Assembly: GCF_054482595.1 (NCBI RefSeq)
Contig: NZ_CM137008.1
Strand: one strand, 5' to 3'
Length of the DNA: 64,000 bases
The notes beneath the pieces were generated by a model. That model had not been told where the DNA came from, made no database searches, and worked only from the letters and a program-made list of their open reading frames with translations. A program made the translations under genes and the position numbers. Shown in pieces: positions 41,191 to 52,317 of this stretch; position 1 is the first letter of the stretch, and each line of letters opens with the position of its first letter.

Positions 41191-42093
41191 TTATTGATAA
41201 ACAAAAGTCACGCCAATAATCGATTGCACATTCCCTGCAGTCACCTGCCCTCCGGTACGTGCGTAATTTGCCGTTAATCCCAGACTTACCGCCGAAGTTC
41301 CTACTGCTCCTAACGATACCGTGTTATTCGCTGGAATAATCGTACCGTTGCGCGTCAACTGTACGCCGACGCCCTGCGCTGGTGAAAACGACGCTGTATT
41401 GGTGAAAATCGAGTTGCCCGCATCTGCGGTTGTGCCGGAGAGGTAATACCCCAGGTTTTGGCTTTTCGCACAATAAACGGTAAGAGGAATTGGCACTGAA
41501 CCAGGGTAGTCCGGCAGAGTAACGGTGACATCACGGGCAGAAACATCGCAGCCGCCAGTAGGCACCACCACATCATTATTGGCGTAAATATTCCACACAA
41601 ACTGGAAATCATCGCTGTTATAGTTGTTGGTCTGTCGCAAAATAAGCACGGCAATTAATGAGCCAGCTTTAATCGCCACCCCGCCCGCACTGCTCACAGG
41701 CGTCAAATAAAGCGCCACCGGCCACGGCTTATCCGTTCTCGAATTATAAACAACCCGCGGCGTTTCGCTGGTGGTCGGAAATGGATAGCTACTGCCACTA
41801 TATTTTACGGTCCCGGAAAAATTAGATAACACGCCGCCATAAGCCGAGCCTCGTTGCAGTGTGACATAGTCTGTAATGGTTTCCGGATAATCGTTATGGC
41901 AAAAGATTTGCGTCGAAAGATCTACGACCAGGTTTTGCCCCACATTCACGGCAGGCGCAAGGTTTACATAAACATTAGCGCTGCCACCGCCAATAGGGAT
42001 AGCGGTACCATTGGCGGTTTTACAGGCGAATGACCAGGCATTTACCGACCAGCCCATCAGCAGTACAGCAAACAGGGTAATAACTCGTTTCAT
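41191..42093 (-). CDS. fimH: Type 1 fimbrial tip adhesin FimH (mannose-binding), 300 aa
   Basis: MKRVITLFAVLLMGWSVNAWSFACKTANGTAIPIGGGSANVYVNLAP... from the internal ATG. Confidence 0.9.
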   Translation of the reverse strand: MKRVITLFAVLLMGWSVNAWSFACKTANGTAIPIGGGSANVYVNLAPAVNVGQNLVVDLSTQIFCHNDYPETITDYVTLQRGSAYGGVLSNFSGTVKYSGSSYPFPTTSETPRVVYNSRTDKPWPVALYLTPVSSAGGVAIKAGSLIAVLILRQTNNYNSDDFQFVWNIYANNDVVVPTGGCDVSARDVTVTLPDYPGSVPIPLTVYCAKSQNLGYYLSGTTADAGNSIFTNTASFSPAQGVGVQLTRNGTIIPANNTVSLGAVGTSAVSLGLTANYARTGGQVTAGNVQSIIGVTFVYQ

Positions 42094-42112
42094 TACAATC
42101 ATCTCTTCGGGT

Positions 42113-42616
42113 TCAGCTGTAGGTATAGGTGATGCTAATCACTGCCTGAATGGTTCCCTGAGTGGCTCCGCCATTTACCGTCAATGCTCTGACCTGTAAC
42201 GGGAAGTGCGCTGATTGTGAGGAATCATCCACCTGAACTGTTTTGGTTGCGCCAGTATTCAATGTGTTGCCACTGTCATCCTGTAGCTCTAACTGGATGT
42301 TTTGCGCGGTCCCCTGGTTTTTATAATATCCGGTACTGTCGGCTGCCCCGCTGAAGCTGGCAGTGACCCTCGACGTTCCCACCGGACAATTAGTCAACTC
42401 AAGCGCAACATCATGCCAGGCCGATGCCGCCCCGGCAGACATCAGACTGAAAGAATAAAGATCGCCGAGATCAACCGTGGCATTGGTGGTGGAAACTGTG
42501 CACGGTTTGGCGACGACCTTACCGTTCACCGTGATGGTGACATCGGCTGCCTGTATCGTCGCACTTGCGAGCGCCAATATTGCCGCCAATAAATACCCAC
42601 GTTTGCGCCATTTCAT
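42113..42616 (-). CDS. fimG: Type 1 fimbrial minor subunit FimG
   Basis: Sequence recognised; internal ATG start. Confidence 0.9.
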   Translation of the reverse strand: MKWRKRGYLLAAILALASATIQAADVTITVNGKVVAKPCTVSTTNATVDLGDLYSFSLMSAGAASAWHDVALELTNCPVGTSRVTASFSGAADSTGYYKNQGTAQNIQLELQDDSGNTLNTGATKTVQVDDSSQSAHFPLQVRALTVNGGATQGTIQAVISITYTYS

Positions 42617-42628
42617 GAGCATCTCCAG

Positions 42629-43159
42629 TTACTGATATTCAAGAGTGAAGGTAGCCGTGGCATTGATATGCCCCGCAGTGACAGGCACCTGTGTCGCCAT
42701 TAGCCGGGCGTAAAAATTCAACGTATTTGGTTTACCCGGCGTCAGGGTCGTCCACGAAATCGCGGACGATGGAGCATTAAGGGGTATTTGATTTTGCTGC
42801 TCATTCAGAAGCTGTATTCCCAATCCCGAAGCCGCTGACACCGTATTTTCAAGTGCAAGCAGGTTGGTATTGTGGCTATCTGCAACGCCGGTAAACCCAA
42901 CCTTTACGGCAGAAACGGCGTTACCACAGGGTGACAGCAAAATACGAAATGGAACGACAGGAGTCGTCGCGCCAATGTTGTTAAATTGCTTCGCCGCGTT
43001 TTCCATCAAATCAACAGTAAAATTGGTTGATTCAGCGGCCACACTACAGCCGTTATCTCTGACATAGCCGCGGATAGTAATCGTGCTATCCGCAGCCAAA
43101 GCGTGACTCACCGCCAGCCACAAAAAAGCGCACAGAAGATAAAAAGGTTTGTTTCTCAT
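42629..43159 (-). CDS. fimF: Type 1 fimbrial minor subunit FimF
   Basis: Sequence recognised. Confidence 0.9.
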   Translation of the reverse strand: MRNKPFYLLCAFLWLAVSHALAADSTITIRGYVRDNGCSVAAESTNFTVDLMENAAKQFNNIGATTPVVPFRILLSPCGNAVSAVKVGFTGVADSHNTNLLALENTVSAASGLGIQLLNEQQNQIPLNAPSSAISWTTLTPGKPNTLNFYARLMATQVPVTAGHINATATFTLEYQ

Positions 43160-43168
43160 CACGCCCCC

Positions 43169-45805
43169 TTAACGACATTCAGCTGATAGCTGGGTTAATA
43201 ACTGCTGCTGACTCTCTGGTGGCAGTTGATAATTGGCGACACAGTGAGCATTTTCCTCTTCTCCCCATTTCACCTGAACTTTTCCCGCTAGAGGCATTCC
43301 GCTGAGGTAAACCTGACCATTATCCGCAACAATGCCGCTACTCTGGCTACTCTCTGATGTCACCATCGCCCCAAACGGCAGCGGCTTATTATTGTGGGTT
43401 AGCGTCATGAGCAGTTTTATCCCAACGCGCGCTTTAAACTCTGCTCGCACGATCGCCCCACGAGTGGGAACAACGTTAGCGACCGCGTTATCTAAATCGA
43501 CGTTATCAGCCAGGGTATTGGTATCCAGCGCCACTCTGTTTTCCCGATATTCAGTGGCATAAGGCAGCACGGCATAACCACGCCAGTCGGTACGCACCCC
43601 CGTCTGGTTTTCGACTTTTGCATCTTTTGCGCCAGGCGCTTTAACAAGCACCACCGTATCGTTTAACGGCTGCCCCAGCGTTACGCCATTGGCATGAGCC
43701 AGTACCCCACCGCTGACTCCGTAATAGAGCTGCTTAATATCATCGCTATGGCTGTAACCGATATTGGCATTGCCGTAACCACCGCGATAATTCAGCGTGG
43801 CGTAGCCTGTGCTTCCGCTATTACCATCGCCTCCCCCGGCATAGCCGGTTTGCACGCTATAACTGAGGTTGTTGTCTTCTAGCAACGTACCGTATACACC
43901 AGCCAGATTGGTCATCCGACCGTTGAGATCGTGTGACATGCTGTAGCTGGCACTGGCATGTCGCCACTGAGATTTACTGTCAGAACGCAGCCAGTGGCTG
44001 AAAGGAATATTGACGTTAAGCGCTAACATCTGATCCCGTCCTTTTTGCCAGGCGTTTTTCGTCAGGCTATAGCTGAGCGTCCAGTTGATATCTTCGAACG
44101 CAGTATTTAATCCAGCCTGGAATTGCTCATCGACATTACTCGTTCCCCAATAAGTTTGATGGCTACCACTCAAATACAGTGTTGATGTGCGCCCGAGTTG
44201 CTGAGTAACGGTGAGCTGTAATTTCCCGCGTTTGTTATAAGCGAGGTTGTAATAGTCGGTGAATTTCGGCTTAACCTGAATAACTCCATCCTGTGTTTCG
44301 ATGTTGTAGCCATTCATTCGACTGTATGTTGTATCAGCGAAATTAAAATATCCGCTGGTCGAATAACGGTAACCCACTAACTGAATATTCGTGCCTGACT
44401 CATTGAGCGATTTGTTATAGAGAAAACGCACCGATTGTCCGTCATGCTGACTGTCATCGGGAAGTGTGGAATTAGCCTGAGTCATATCCACAGACAGAGC
44501 GCCTAGTGCCCCCATATTTTTCCCGATACCAAAATTAAAAGCACGATAACGATCTGCCAGTTGCGTTCCACCATATATTGTCCAGCCAGCCGGAAGGCCG
44601 TGGAGTAATGTACTCTGGAAAAAGCGGGGTTTTTCCTGTTGCGCATTTCCACTACGGTATTCTCCTGCCGTAATGGAATAACGAGTATGCCCTTCACGTT
44701 GCAAAAGCGGGACTGACGAATAGGGTACGGTAAAAATCTGCGTGCTGCCGTCAGCCTCTTTAATCGTTACCTGCAAGTCACCACTATTACCTGCGGCATA
44801 GATATCGTTGATGGTAAAAGGCCCCGGTGGCACCGTACTATTATAAATGTCATACCCATTTTGTTTAATAGTGACCTGTGCAGTACCACGAGCAATACCG
44901 TGGATCACCGGGGCAAATCCTCTTTGGCTATCGGGTAACATATTGTCATCTGAGGCCAATTGTGCGCCGCGAAAGTTAATACCATCGAAAATATCGCCCT
45001 GAGTATAACCATCACCCAGCGTCAGCCGGGAACGTAACGGTATTATGTCTCGCTCAAGCCAGGTATTGATATGCTGCCATTTATTTTTGCTACCTGATGA
45101 ACTGTCGCTACTGTTATAACTCCAGGTGGTATTGTCGCGTAAACGCCACGCACCAATATTTAACCCACTCTGTAGGTTTAAATATGCATAATGGCTGTTA
45201 CCCCCAATCCGATTCTGTACACTATTTCCGCTGAAATTATAATTGAGCAATCCGGCATTAATACCGGGATCCCATAGCTCAGGAGGAATATAACCACGCG
45301 CGCGATTACTCATAAATGCCTGAGGGATCGTCAGGTTCAGTCGCTGCTGACCAACATCCAGATGCGCAGTAGCGTCATGGATCATTGAGGTTAATGGCAC
45401 GCAGGCATCATCTGCCAGCAGATTCATACCGGAGACAGAAGCCGCATTCAGCCCCATACTGGCAAGTTGCGCGCGTGTCAGGCAGGGAACAATCCCTTGT
45501 TCGCTGTCGCCCGTATTAAATGTGACATCACGCGTTGCCATATAACCATTATTCAAATAGATATCGACGCGATACGTCCCTGGCGGTAATTCTTGCCCAT
45601 TTTCAAAACGCGATAAATCGGCCACAGCCTGGGGATCATCCGCTAAAAAGCGCGGATTAAAATAGAGTTCGGCAGATGACAAAGGTGCCTGTGCGGCAAA
45701 AGCACAGGCGACAACGAGCCGGACAAAAAAACCAGCCAAACGATGCTTACGAATATGCAAGCATTGTGTGTTTCGCTGGTAAAGTCTTAAATTCAGATAT
45801 GACAT
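43169..45805 (-). CDS. fimD: Outer membrane usher FimD, 878 aa
   Basis: Sequence recognised. Confidence 0.9.
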   Translation of the reverse strand: MSYLNLRLYQRNTQCLHIRKHRLAGFFVRLVVACAFAAQAPLSSAELYFNPRFLADDPQAVADLSRFENGQELPPGTYRVDIYLNNGYMATRDVTFNTGDSEQGIVPCLTRAQLASMGLNAASVSGMNLLADDACVPLTSMIHDATAHLDVGQQRLNLTIPQAFMSNRARGYIPPELWDPGINAGLLNYNFSGNSVQNRIGGNSHYAYLNLQSGLNIGAWRLRDNTTWSYNSSDSSSGSKNKWQHINTWLERDIIPLRSRLTLGDGYTQGDIFDGINFRGAQLASDDNMLPDSQRGFAPVIHGIARGTAQVTIKQNGYDIYNSTVPPGPFTINDIYAAGNSGDLQVTIKEADGSTQIFTVPYSSVPLLQREGHTRYSITAGEYRSGNAQQEKPRFFQSTLLHGLPAGWTIYGGTQLADRYRAFNFGIGKNMGALGALSVDMTQANSTLPDDSQHDGQSVRFLYNKSLNESGTNIQLVGYRYSTSGYFNFADTTYSRMNGYNIETQDGVIQVKPKFTDYYNLAYNKRGKLQLTVTQQLGRTSTLYLSGSHQTYWGTSNVDEQFQAGLNTAFEDINWTLSYSLTKNAWQKGRDQMLALNVNIPFSHWLRSDSKSQWRHASASYSMSHDLNGRMTNLAGVYGTLLEDNNLSYSVQTGYAGGGDGNSGSTGYATLNYRGGYGNANIGYSHSDDIKQLYYGVSGGVLAHANGVTLGQPLNDTVVLVKAPGAKDAKVENQTGVRTDWRGYAVLPYATEYRENRVALDTNTLADNVDLDNAVANVVPTRGAIVRAEFKARVGIKLLMTLTHNNKPLPFGAMVTSESSQSSGIVADNGQVYLSGMPLAGKVQVKWGEEENAHCVANYQLPPESQQQLLTQLSAECR

Positions 45806-45871
45806 TATTCCTCCGGTTTAAAATCACCCGGCAGTCAATTCTTTTTATTCAGGCGAAAAATTCCCCCTGCG

Positions 45872-46597
45872 TTATTCCATTACGCCCGTCATTTTTGGGG
45901 TAAGTGCACCATAATCATTTATTGTTCGGTAAGTAATATTGCTTCCTGCATCAGAAGGCAATTTAACCGTGCTTTCGCCCATTGGAGGCACCAATGCATT
46001 TTCAAGAACCCGGGTTCCGGCATTCAACTCTGTTACCGTCAGGTAATAGGGTGTCGGGTTAATCAGCGTCAGAGAATTCGCGCTACGACGAAATCTTAAT
46101 TTTTCTGCGGCCTGATCGGGTGGCAACGCTAATTTAGCCGGACGATAGTACAGTTTAATGCGGCTGATAATTGCGAGCTGTAGCGTATTCTCAGTCAATT
46201 TTGATTTATCCATTGACGGAATCGCTTTAACGTTCATCCAGAATAAACTTTCCCGGTCCTGTGGCAAGTGGTTATTTGTTGCATCAAGAATACGTAAGGT
46301 ATTCTCTTTTTTTCCCTTCATCGCAAACAGAGGAGGCGTCACGATAAAACGACCATCCTTTACACCATCGGCATTTTCCACCCATGATTGAATTAAATAG
46401 GTACTATTTTCATCATTATTTGTCACGGCAAGTTGCACTTGTTTTTGCCCTGCCGGATAAATTACGCGAGTCGCACCTAAGGCCACTCCCGCTTCAGCGC
46501 GTCCGGCAACCATCATTGCCATGAACATCAGGATACCTGCCAGCAAGCAGAATGTTATTTCCTGCGATTTCCTTACATTGACGTTTTTATTACTCAC
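45872..46597 (-). CDS. fimC: Periplasmic chaperone FimC, 241 aa
   Basis: Sequence recognised. Confidence 0.9.
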   Translation of the reverse strand: MSNKNVNVRKSQEITFCLLAGILMFMAMMVAGRAEAGVALGATRVIYPAGQKQVQLAVTNNDENSTYLIQSWVENADGVKDGRFIVTPPLFAMKGKKENTLRILDATNNHLPQDRESLFWMNVKAIPSMDKSKLTENTLQLAIISRIKLYYRPAKLALPPDQAAEKLRFRRSANSLTLINPTPYYLTVTELNAGTRVLENALVPPMGESTVKLPSDAGSNITYRTINDYGALTPKMTGVME

Positions 46598-46633
46598 TGT
46601 CCTGTTCCTGTTATCACATTATCTGCTGAACAA

Positions 46634-47173
46634 TTACTGATAGGTTAAAGAGAACCAGGCCTGTGCATTGGCGATGCCGCCAGTAACCCGACGCCCGGTA
46701 GCACGATATTTGGCGATGAAATGTAGCGAAGTAGAGCCTGAGTAAAGCCGTTTCCAGTTTACTGGAGGACGATTAATCGGTACGAGGTTTCCTTCATCAT
46801 CAAACAACGCTACGCCAATATTGGTGGCTATCCCTGGCCCCTCTCCCACGGAAAGCACATCCGGATTTTTACCATCCGCGACACCGTGAAACGCCACACC
46901 TACACGTTCACTCACCACCGTGCTACATTCCCGTAAATGAATAACAAAAGGCACCGGTGCGCTATCTTCCCCTACCGCATGAAACCGGTTACTGCTGATT
47001 TGCCCCATATTGACCGTCATTTGTTTATCACCGGCTTCAATCCGGCAAGTTTCCGCAATAATGACGCCCTGAAATTGCATATTTCCGCCGGGCAACGTGG
47101 TATTCCATTTATTTCCGGCCAGAGCAAACATTGGCAGCAACGACGCTAATAGAAATAATCTCTTCCTTTTCAT
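46634..47173 (-). CDS. fimI: Fimbrin-like protein FimI, 179 aa from the ATG at 47173; start position uncertain
   Basis: [30 protein letters not shown]...; the ORF track's longer 5' extension overlaps fimA. Confidence 0.8.
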   Translation of the reverse strand: MKRKRLFLLASLLPMFALAGNKWNTTLPGGNMQFQGVIIAETCRIEAGDKQMTVNMGQISSNRFHAVGEDSAPVPFVIHLRECSTVVSERVGVAFHGVADGKNPDVLSVGEGPGIATNIGVALFDDEGNLVPINRPPVNWKRLYSGSTSLHFIAKYRATGRRVTGGIANAQAWFSLTYQ

Positions 47174-47237
47174 CGTTATTTTTATCGCACAAGGGTGGGC
47201 ATCCCTGCCCGTAATAACGTCCCTGAACCTGGGTAGG

Positions 47238-47786
47238 TTATTGATACTGAACCTTGAAGGTCGCATCCGCATTAGCTGCGCCAGGGGTTGCGACACCGGT
47301 TGCATAATAACGCGCCTGGAACGGAATGGTGTTAGTACCGTTATTCAGGGTTGTTTGCTCACTGAATGTCGCACCATCCAGCGTCAGCGCAGCACCCGTT
47401 CTGTCCAGGATCTGCACACCAACGTTTGTTGCGCTACCCGCAGCTGAACTCTGCAGAGCCAGAACGTTGGTATGACCCGCATCAATCGCCGTACCTAAAA
47501 AGGCAACAGCGGCTTTAGATGCAACATTGGTATCGCAATCATTCAGCTGAATGTTAAAACCGACAGCAGAACTGGTTGCTCCTTCCTGTGCCAGCGATGC
47601 GGTACGAACCTGTCCTAACTGAACGGTTTGATCAACAGAGCCTGCATCAACTGCGCAAGCGGCGTTAACAACTTCCCCTTTAAAGTGAACGGTCCCACCA
47701 TTAACCGTCGTGGCAGCGGCCAGAGCCGCTGTAGAACTGAGGGACAGAGCCGACAGAACAACGATTGCCAGAGTTTTAATTTTCAT
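47238..47786 (-). CDS. fimA: Major type 1 fimbrial subunit FimA, 182 aa
   Basis: Sequence recognised. Confidence 0.9.
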   Translation of the reverse strand: MKIKTLAIVVLSALSLSSTAALAAATTVNGGTVHFKGEVVNAACAVDAGSVDQTVQLGQVRTASLAQEGATSSAVGFNIQLNDCDTNVASKAAVAFLGTAIDAGHTNVLALQSSAAGSATNVGVQILDRTGAALTLDGATFSEQTTLNNGTNTIPFQARYYATGVATPGAANADATFKVQYQ

Positions 47787-47905
47787 GCTGCTTTCCTTTC
47801 AAAAAACTATTTCTAAATCGACATGGGCAGTCGTTCTGTACACTTTGTTTTGTCAACGAGTTTGACTGCCAACACTGCACAGTTTTCCCCCAAAAGATGA
47901 AACAT

Positions 47906-48219
47906 TTGGGGCCATTTTGACTCATAGAGGAAAGCATCGCGCACAAACTTTTTCAGTTTATTTGTTGGCTTAATATTCTATTGTTATCTTTATTTATAGA
48001 TTTTTATATTGCATGAGGTGGTTTTTGGAGAGAAGAATGAGGACGATGCGTCGAGTCACAGAAACGTTAGCTTTACATATAGTGGAGGTGATGTGAAATT
48101 AATTTACAAGAGAAATAATTTACATATCAAACAGTTAGGTGCTTTTTGTCGTTTTTTAATATTTTTATGCTTGAGAAAAAATACGTAACTTATTTATGAT
48201 ATGGACAGTTTGGCCCCAA
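47906..48219. promoter_or_regulatory. fimS: fim switch (fimS): 314-bp invertible element bounded by 9-bp inverted repeats TTGGGGCCA (47906-47914) and TGGCCCCAA (48211-48219); appears phase-OFF
   Basis: Both inverted repeats read directly and the length is exactly 314 bp. The best promoter inside the element points away from fimA. Confidence 0.8.
48171..48201 (+). promoter_or_regulatory. Sigma70-like promoter inside fimS (TTGAGA-18 bp-TATGATA) reading rightward toward fimE, away from fimA
   Basis: Hexamers read directly on the + strand next to the fimE-proximal inverted repeat. Confidence 0.5.
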
Positions 48220-48266
48220 TTGTCTTGTATTTATTTATTTTTTAACTTTATTATCAATAAGTTAAA

Positions 48267-48863
48267 TCAAACCTCTTCTCTTTTTAATTTTTCGTTTATG
48301 AGATTATTTCTTTCCCATAATCCGGCAAAACGAGCAGCATTACTGGCGGTATAACGCACAGTATGGCGAATATTTCGATGCCCGAGATAATCCTGAATTA
48401 AACGGGTATCTGCACCACGCTCCGCCAGTTCATAACCGCAAGCATGCCTTAACATATGAGGATGAGTCTGCGTTACGGTTCCAGCTTCAATACCGGCATC
48501 GCGAATAATGCGATAGGCCTGCTGGCGAGAAAGCCGACTCCCGCGGCGAGAAATAAATATAGCGTCGGTCCGGTCAGCGCCTTTCCAGTTAGCACGTTCC
48601 TGGGTCCAGCGTTCCACAGCTTCACGCTCATCAAAACGTAACGGGTGAACGGTAGAAAATCCGTTCTTCAGTCGGCGAATATTTATTCGACCTTCATTAA
48701 GGTCAAGATCCTGATAATGCAGATCAAGCAGTTCACTAATACGCATCCCATGCCGATATGCCAACAGAATAAGACAATAATCTCTGGCTCCCGTTGCCCC
48801 GTAACAAACCGCCTGCATCATGGCCTGAACTTCTTTACCGGTAAGATAACGACGTTTACTCAC
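48267..48863 (-). CDS. fimE: Tyrosine recombinase FimE (ON-to-OFF switching), 198 aa
   Basis: Sequence recognised; C-terminal R..H..R..Y recombinase motifs (HPHMLRHACGYELA ... LGHRNIRHTVRYT). Confidence 0.9.
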   Translation of the reverse strand: MSKRRYLTGKEVQAMMQAVCYGATGARDYCLILLAYRHGMRISELLDLHYQDLDLNEGRINIRRLKNGFSTVHPLRFDEREAVERWTQERANWKGADRTDAIFISRRGSRLSRQQAYRIIRDAGIEAGTVTQTHPHMLRHACGYELAERGADTRLIQDYLGHRNIRHTVRYTASNAARFAGLWERNNLINEKLKREEV

Positions 48864-49340
48864 AATAGTACTACTCCTAACTGAGATATATTTGAATGAA
48901 TACCTATAGGAAACCTCAATCGGTCAAAATTAGCCCAATAGATAAAAAGATAACCACACACGAAGTGATGTGGCTATCAGTCAATTACATTAAATATCAT
49001 ACAAAAATAAAATATCACTGACGTGACAACATCTATTTTCATTGATTTGATTCAATATAACAATAGATTGCAGTGGATTAACTTCCAGTTGCTTAAAAAA
49101 TAAAGAAAAAAGTGCGAAAACAGGAGAATTTAAGTGATGTGTAAATTTATGAATGATTTTGTTTATTTATTTTGAAGAACATAAACCATTGTATTTTGTA
49201 TGGATATGGTTAACTTAATGTTTATTATAATAATTAAGAATTATACTTACAATAACATCAATTAATAAATGGTTAATCATTTTTGATATATCGTAAGAAT
49301 AATGTAGTTTTTAACACCATCCCTGGTATCTCAACTATCT

Positions 49341-49943
49341 CTATAAAACAGCGTGACGCTGTCGTCCTCTGGCTCTATCCCAGATGCCGTAAAAACGCCC
49401 TGCATTGCTGGCGGTATACCAGACAGTATGACGAATATTGCGATGCCCAAGATAATCCTGGATAAGTCGCGTATCTATTCCCATATTCGCCAAAGCAAAA
49501 CCACACGAATGGCGTAACATGTGCGGATGAATCTCCAGTGACAACCCAGCATTACCACCGGAAGTCGAGATAATATGGTAAAATTGTTGCCGAGAAAGCG
49601 GATTCCCCTTACGCGACAAAAATACCCACTCGCTCTCAGCATGCGGATAAGAAGTACGGATACTCAACCAGTTTTTTAAAGCCTGAACTTCTTTGTTCAA
49701 TAGCGGGTGCGTTGTTGAAAAGCCTTTTTTTAATCGATGGATATATATACACTTTGCCTTAAGATCAATATCCGAAATCCTCAATCGACAAATTTCACTC
49801 GCCCGGAAACCATGAATAAAACAAAGCAAAGTCAGACAATAATTACGTGCTGCATGAGGCCCGGTATTTGCTGCTTTAAGGAGTGATTCGATTTCACTAT
49901 GGGTCAGGAAGTTCCTTTTTTTGTTATCAGCCTTATTCTTCAT
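49341..49943 (-). CDS. fimB: Tyrosine recombinase FimB, 200 aa
   Basis: Translation from the internal ATG: MKNKADNKKRNFLTHSEIESLLKAANTGPHAARNY... Confidence 0.9.
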   Translation of the reverse strand: MKNKADNKKRNFLTHSEIESLLKAANTGPHAARNYCLTLLCFIHGFRASEICRLRISDIDLKAKCIYIHRLKKGFSTTHPLLNKEVQALKNWLSIRTSYPHAESEWVFLSRKGNPLSRQQFYHIISTSGGNAGLSLEIHPHMLRHSCGFALANMGIDTRLIQDYLGHRNIRHTVWYTASNAGRFYGIWDRARGRQRHAVL

Positions 49944-50632
49944 CGTTTTTCCCTTATAATTACAGACGCGCACTAGCTGTGCTGGGTTAGTAATAATCCA
50001 ACATTTTTATCCTGATTATGTTTATAAAAGCGAACGTTTGCTTAATAACTAACGTAAGTGGACCAGTTCTTCTAAGTGAACTTAAATGGAGTAGCAACAG
50101 TTAATTATAATAACGTTGCCATACAAACGCTATGCTCTTGCATGCTATGTACCTTTATATATTTATCAATCGGATACGAATCTAATAATAACCCTCATCA
50201 TTAATGCAACTAATCTTATCTATATATCATGTGATATGTTCTGTAACAAGTAAAATCAACATAAAAAATTCAGCAAAATTTAATATTCGTTCAACTAGCC
50301 GTCTCACATATGACATTATTAGTCAACTCCATTTGCCACAAAATGGCTATTTCATGGAGCGCAGTAATTTCTTAGTGGCTATTATCATGCTAATTCTTAG
50401 GTCCCTAGCGATTATTCCTGGCTGGTTCGTCAGCTTACGCCATGAGATTGTTACATTCCTTTTTATCCTGGAGATATGGGGGAACGCAGGAGATGATTTT
50501 TTCATCTACATTCGTTGGTAAATATAGCTTTGGTCACTACGTAGACTGGCCCCCTGAATCTCCAGACAACCAATATCACTTATTTAAGTGATAGTCTTAA
50601 TACTAGTTTTTAGACTAGTCATTGGAGAGCAG

Positions 50633-50998
50633 ATGATTGATGTCTTAGGACCGGAGAAACGCAGACGGCGTACTACACAGGAAAAGATCGCTATTGTTCA
50701 GCAGAGTTTTGAACCGGGAATGACAGTCTCCCTTGTTGCCCGGCAACACGGTGTGGCAGCCAGCCAGTTATTTCTCTGGCGCAAGCAATACCAGGAGGGA
50801 AGTCTTACTGCTGTGGCCGCAGGAGAACAGGTCGTTCCTGCCTCTGAACTTGCTGCCGCCATGAAGCAGATTAAAGAACTCCAGCGCCTGCTCGGCAAAA
50901 AAACGATGGAAAATGAACTCCTTAAAGAAGCCGTTGAATACGGGCGTGCAAAAAAGTGGATAGCGCACGCGCCCTTATTGCCCGGGGATGGGGAGTAA
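50633..50998 (+). CDS. insC: IS2 transposase OrfA (InsC), 121 aa
   Basis: [29 protein letters not shown]...; A-AAA-AAG slippery heptamer at 50950-50956 for programmed -1 frameshifting into orfB. Confidence 0.85.
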
Positions 50999-51861
50999 GC
51001 TTAGTCAGCCGTTGTCTCCGGGTGTCGCGTGCGCAGTTGCACGTCATTCTCAGACGAACCGATGACTGGAAAGATGGTCGCCGCAGCCGTCACTCAGATG
51101 ATACGGATGTGCTTCTCCGTATACACCATGTTATCGGAGAGCTGCCCACATATGGTTATCGTCGGGTATGGGCGCTGCTTCGCAGACAGGCCGAACTTGA
51201 TGGTATGCCTGCGATCAATGCCAAACGTATTTACCGGATCATGCGCCAGAATGCGCTGTTGCTTGAGCGAAAACCCGCTGTACCGCCATCGAAACGGGCA
51301 CATACCGGCAGAGTGGCTGTGAAAGAAAGTAATCAGCGATGGTGCTCTGACGGGTTCGAGTTCCGCTGTGATAACGGAGAAAAACTGCGAGTCACGTTCG
51401 CGCTGGACTGCTGTGACCGTGAGGCACTGCACTGGGCGGTCACTACGGGCGGCTTCAACAGTGAAACAGTACAGGACGTCATGCTGGGAGCGGTGGAACG
51501 CCGTTTCGGCAACGAGCTTCCGGCGTCTCCAGTAGAGTGGCTGACGGATAATGGTTCATGCTACCGGGCTAATGAAACACGGCAGTTTGCCCGGATGTTG
51601 GGGCTTGAACCGAAGAACACGGCGGTGCGGAGTCCGGAGAGTAACGGCATAGCAGAGAGCTTCGTGAAAACGATAAAGCGTGACTACATCAGTGTCATGC
51701 CCAAACCAGACGGGTTAACGGCAGCAAAGAACCTTGCAGAGGCATTCGAGCATTATAACGAATGGCATCCGCATAGTGCACTGGGTTATCGCTCGCCACG
51801 GGAATATCTACGGCAGCAAGCCAGTAATGGGTTAAGTGATAACAGGTGTCTGGAAATATAG
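50956..51861 (+). CDS. insD: IS2 transposase OrfB (InsD), DDE catalytic domain, 301 aa
   Basis: ORF-track ORF overlapping insC in the -1 frame; sequence recognised. Confidence 0.85.
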
Positions 51862-52294
51862 GGGCAAATCCACTACGACTTAAACCTTCCTCAATCACAG
51901 CCATTCGCCGGGCGATACGGCAAACAAACTAAGTGAAACATCATCCTGAAAACACCAACATCAACAAGCCTCTCCAGATCGACTTCAGAAGTGACCAGTT
52001 ACAAGCCACAAACCAGGAAACATATTTCATGATGAGAATTATGCTCAGCCTGATGGCGGGTAAACACTGATTTTCACCAAGCTCACTGAGTTAGCTTGCA
52101 AAGCTTCCCTTGTTTAGACTCTAAATAAATTATTTATAAAACAAATAGTTAAACAAAAATCTTTAGTTTTTGAAGACCACTGCAAGTGTTCGTCTGGCTT
52201 CACATGGCATCTTCCTCTTAGAAAAAGATCGACATATTTTGTGACACGAATTGCAAATCTGGTTTTGTTGTATGGATTGCGTGATTTTTGATCT

Positions 52295-52317
52295 GGTATA
52301 ACAGGTATAAAGGTGCA
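52295..52317. promoter_or_regulatory. NanR operator-like GGTATA repeats (GGTATAACAGGTATAAAGGTGCA) upstream of nanC
   Basis: Two perfect and one degenerate GGTATA hexamers read directly, about 420 bp upstream of the nanC start. Confidence 0.5.

Larger units (their letters stand above)
50542..51872 (+). mobile_element. IS2 (IS3 family), 1331 bp, flanked by a 5-bp target-site duplication CTACG (50537-50541 and 51873-51877)
   Basis: Left end TAGACTGGCCCCCTGAATCTCCAGACAACC and right end ...GGAAATATAGGGGCAAATCCA are recognised as IS2 termini. Identical 5-bp direct repeats on both sides were read directly. Confidence 0.85.

Noticed and set aside
48267-49943. fimE and fimB as phage integrases marking a prophage
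   Set aside because: They are tyrosine recombinases but are the dedicated fim-switch recombinases flanking fimS. No attachment site, tRNA or phage structural genes are nearby.
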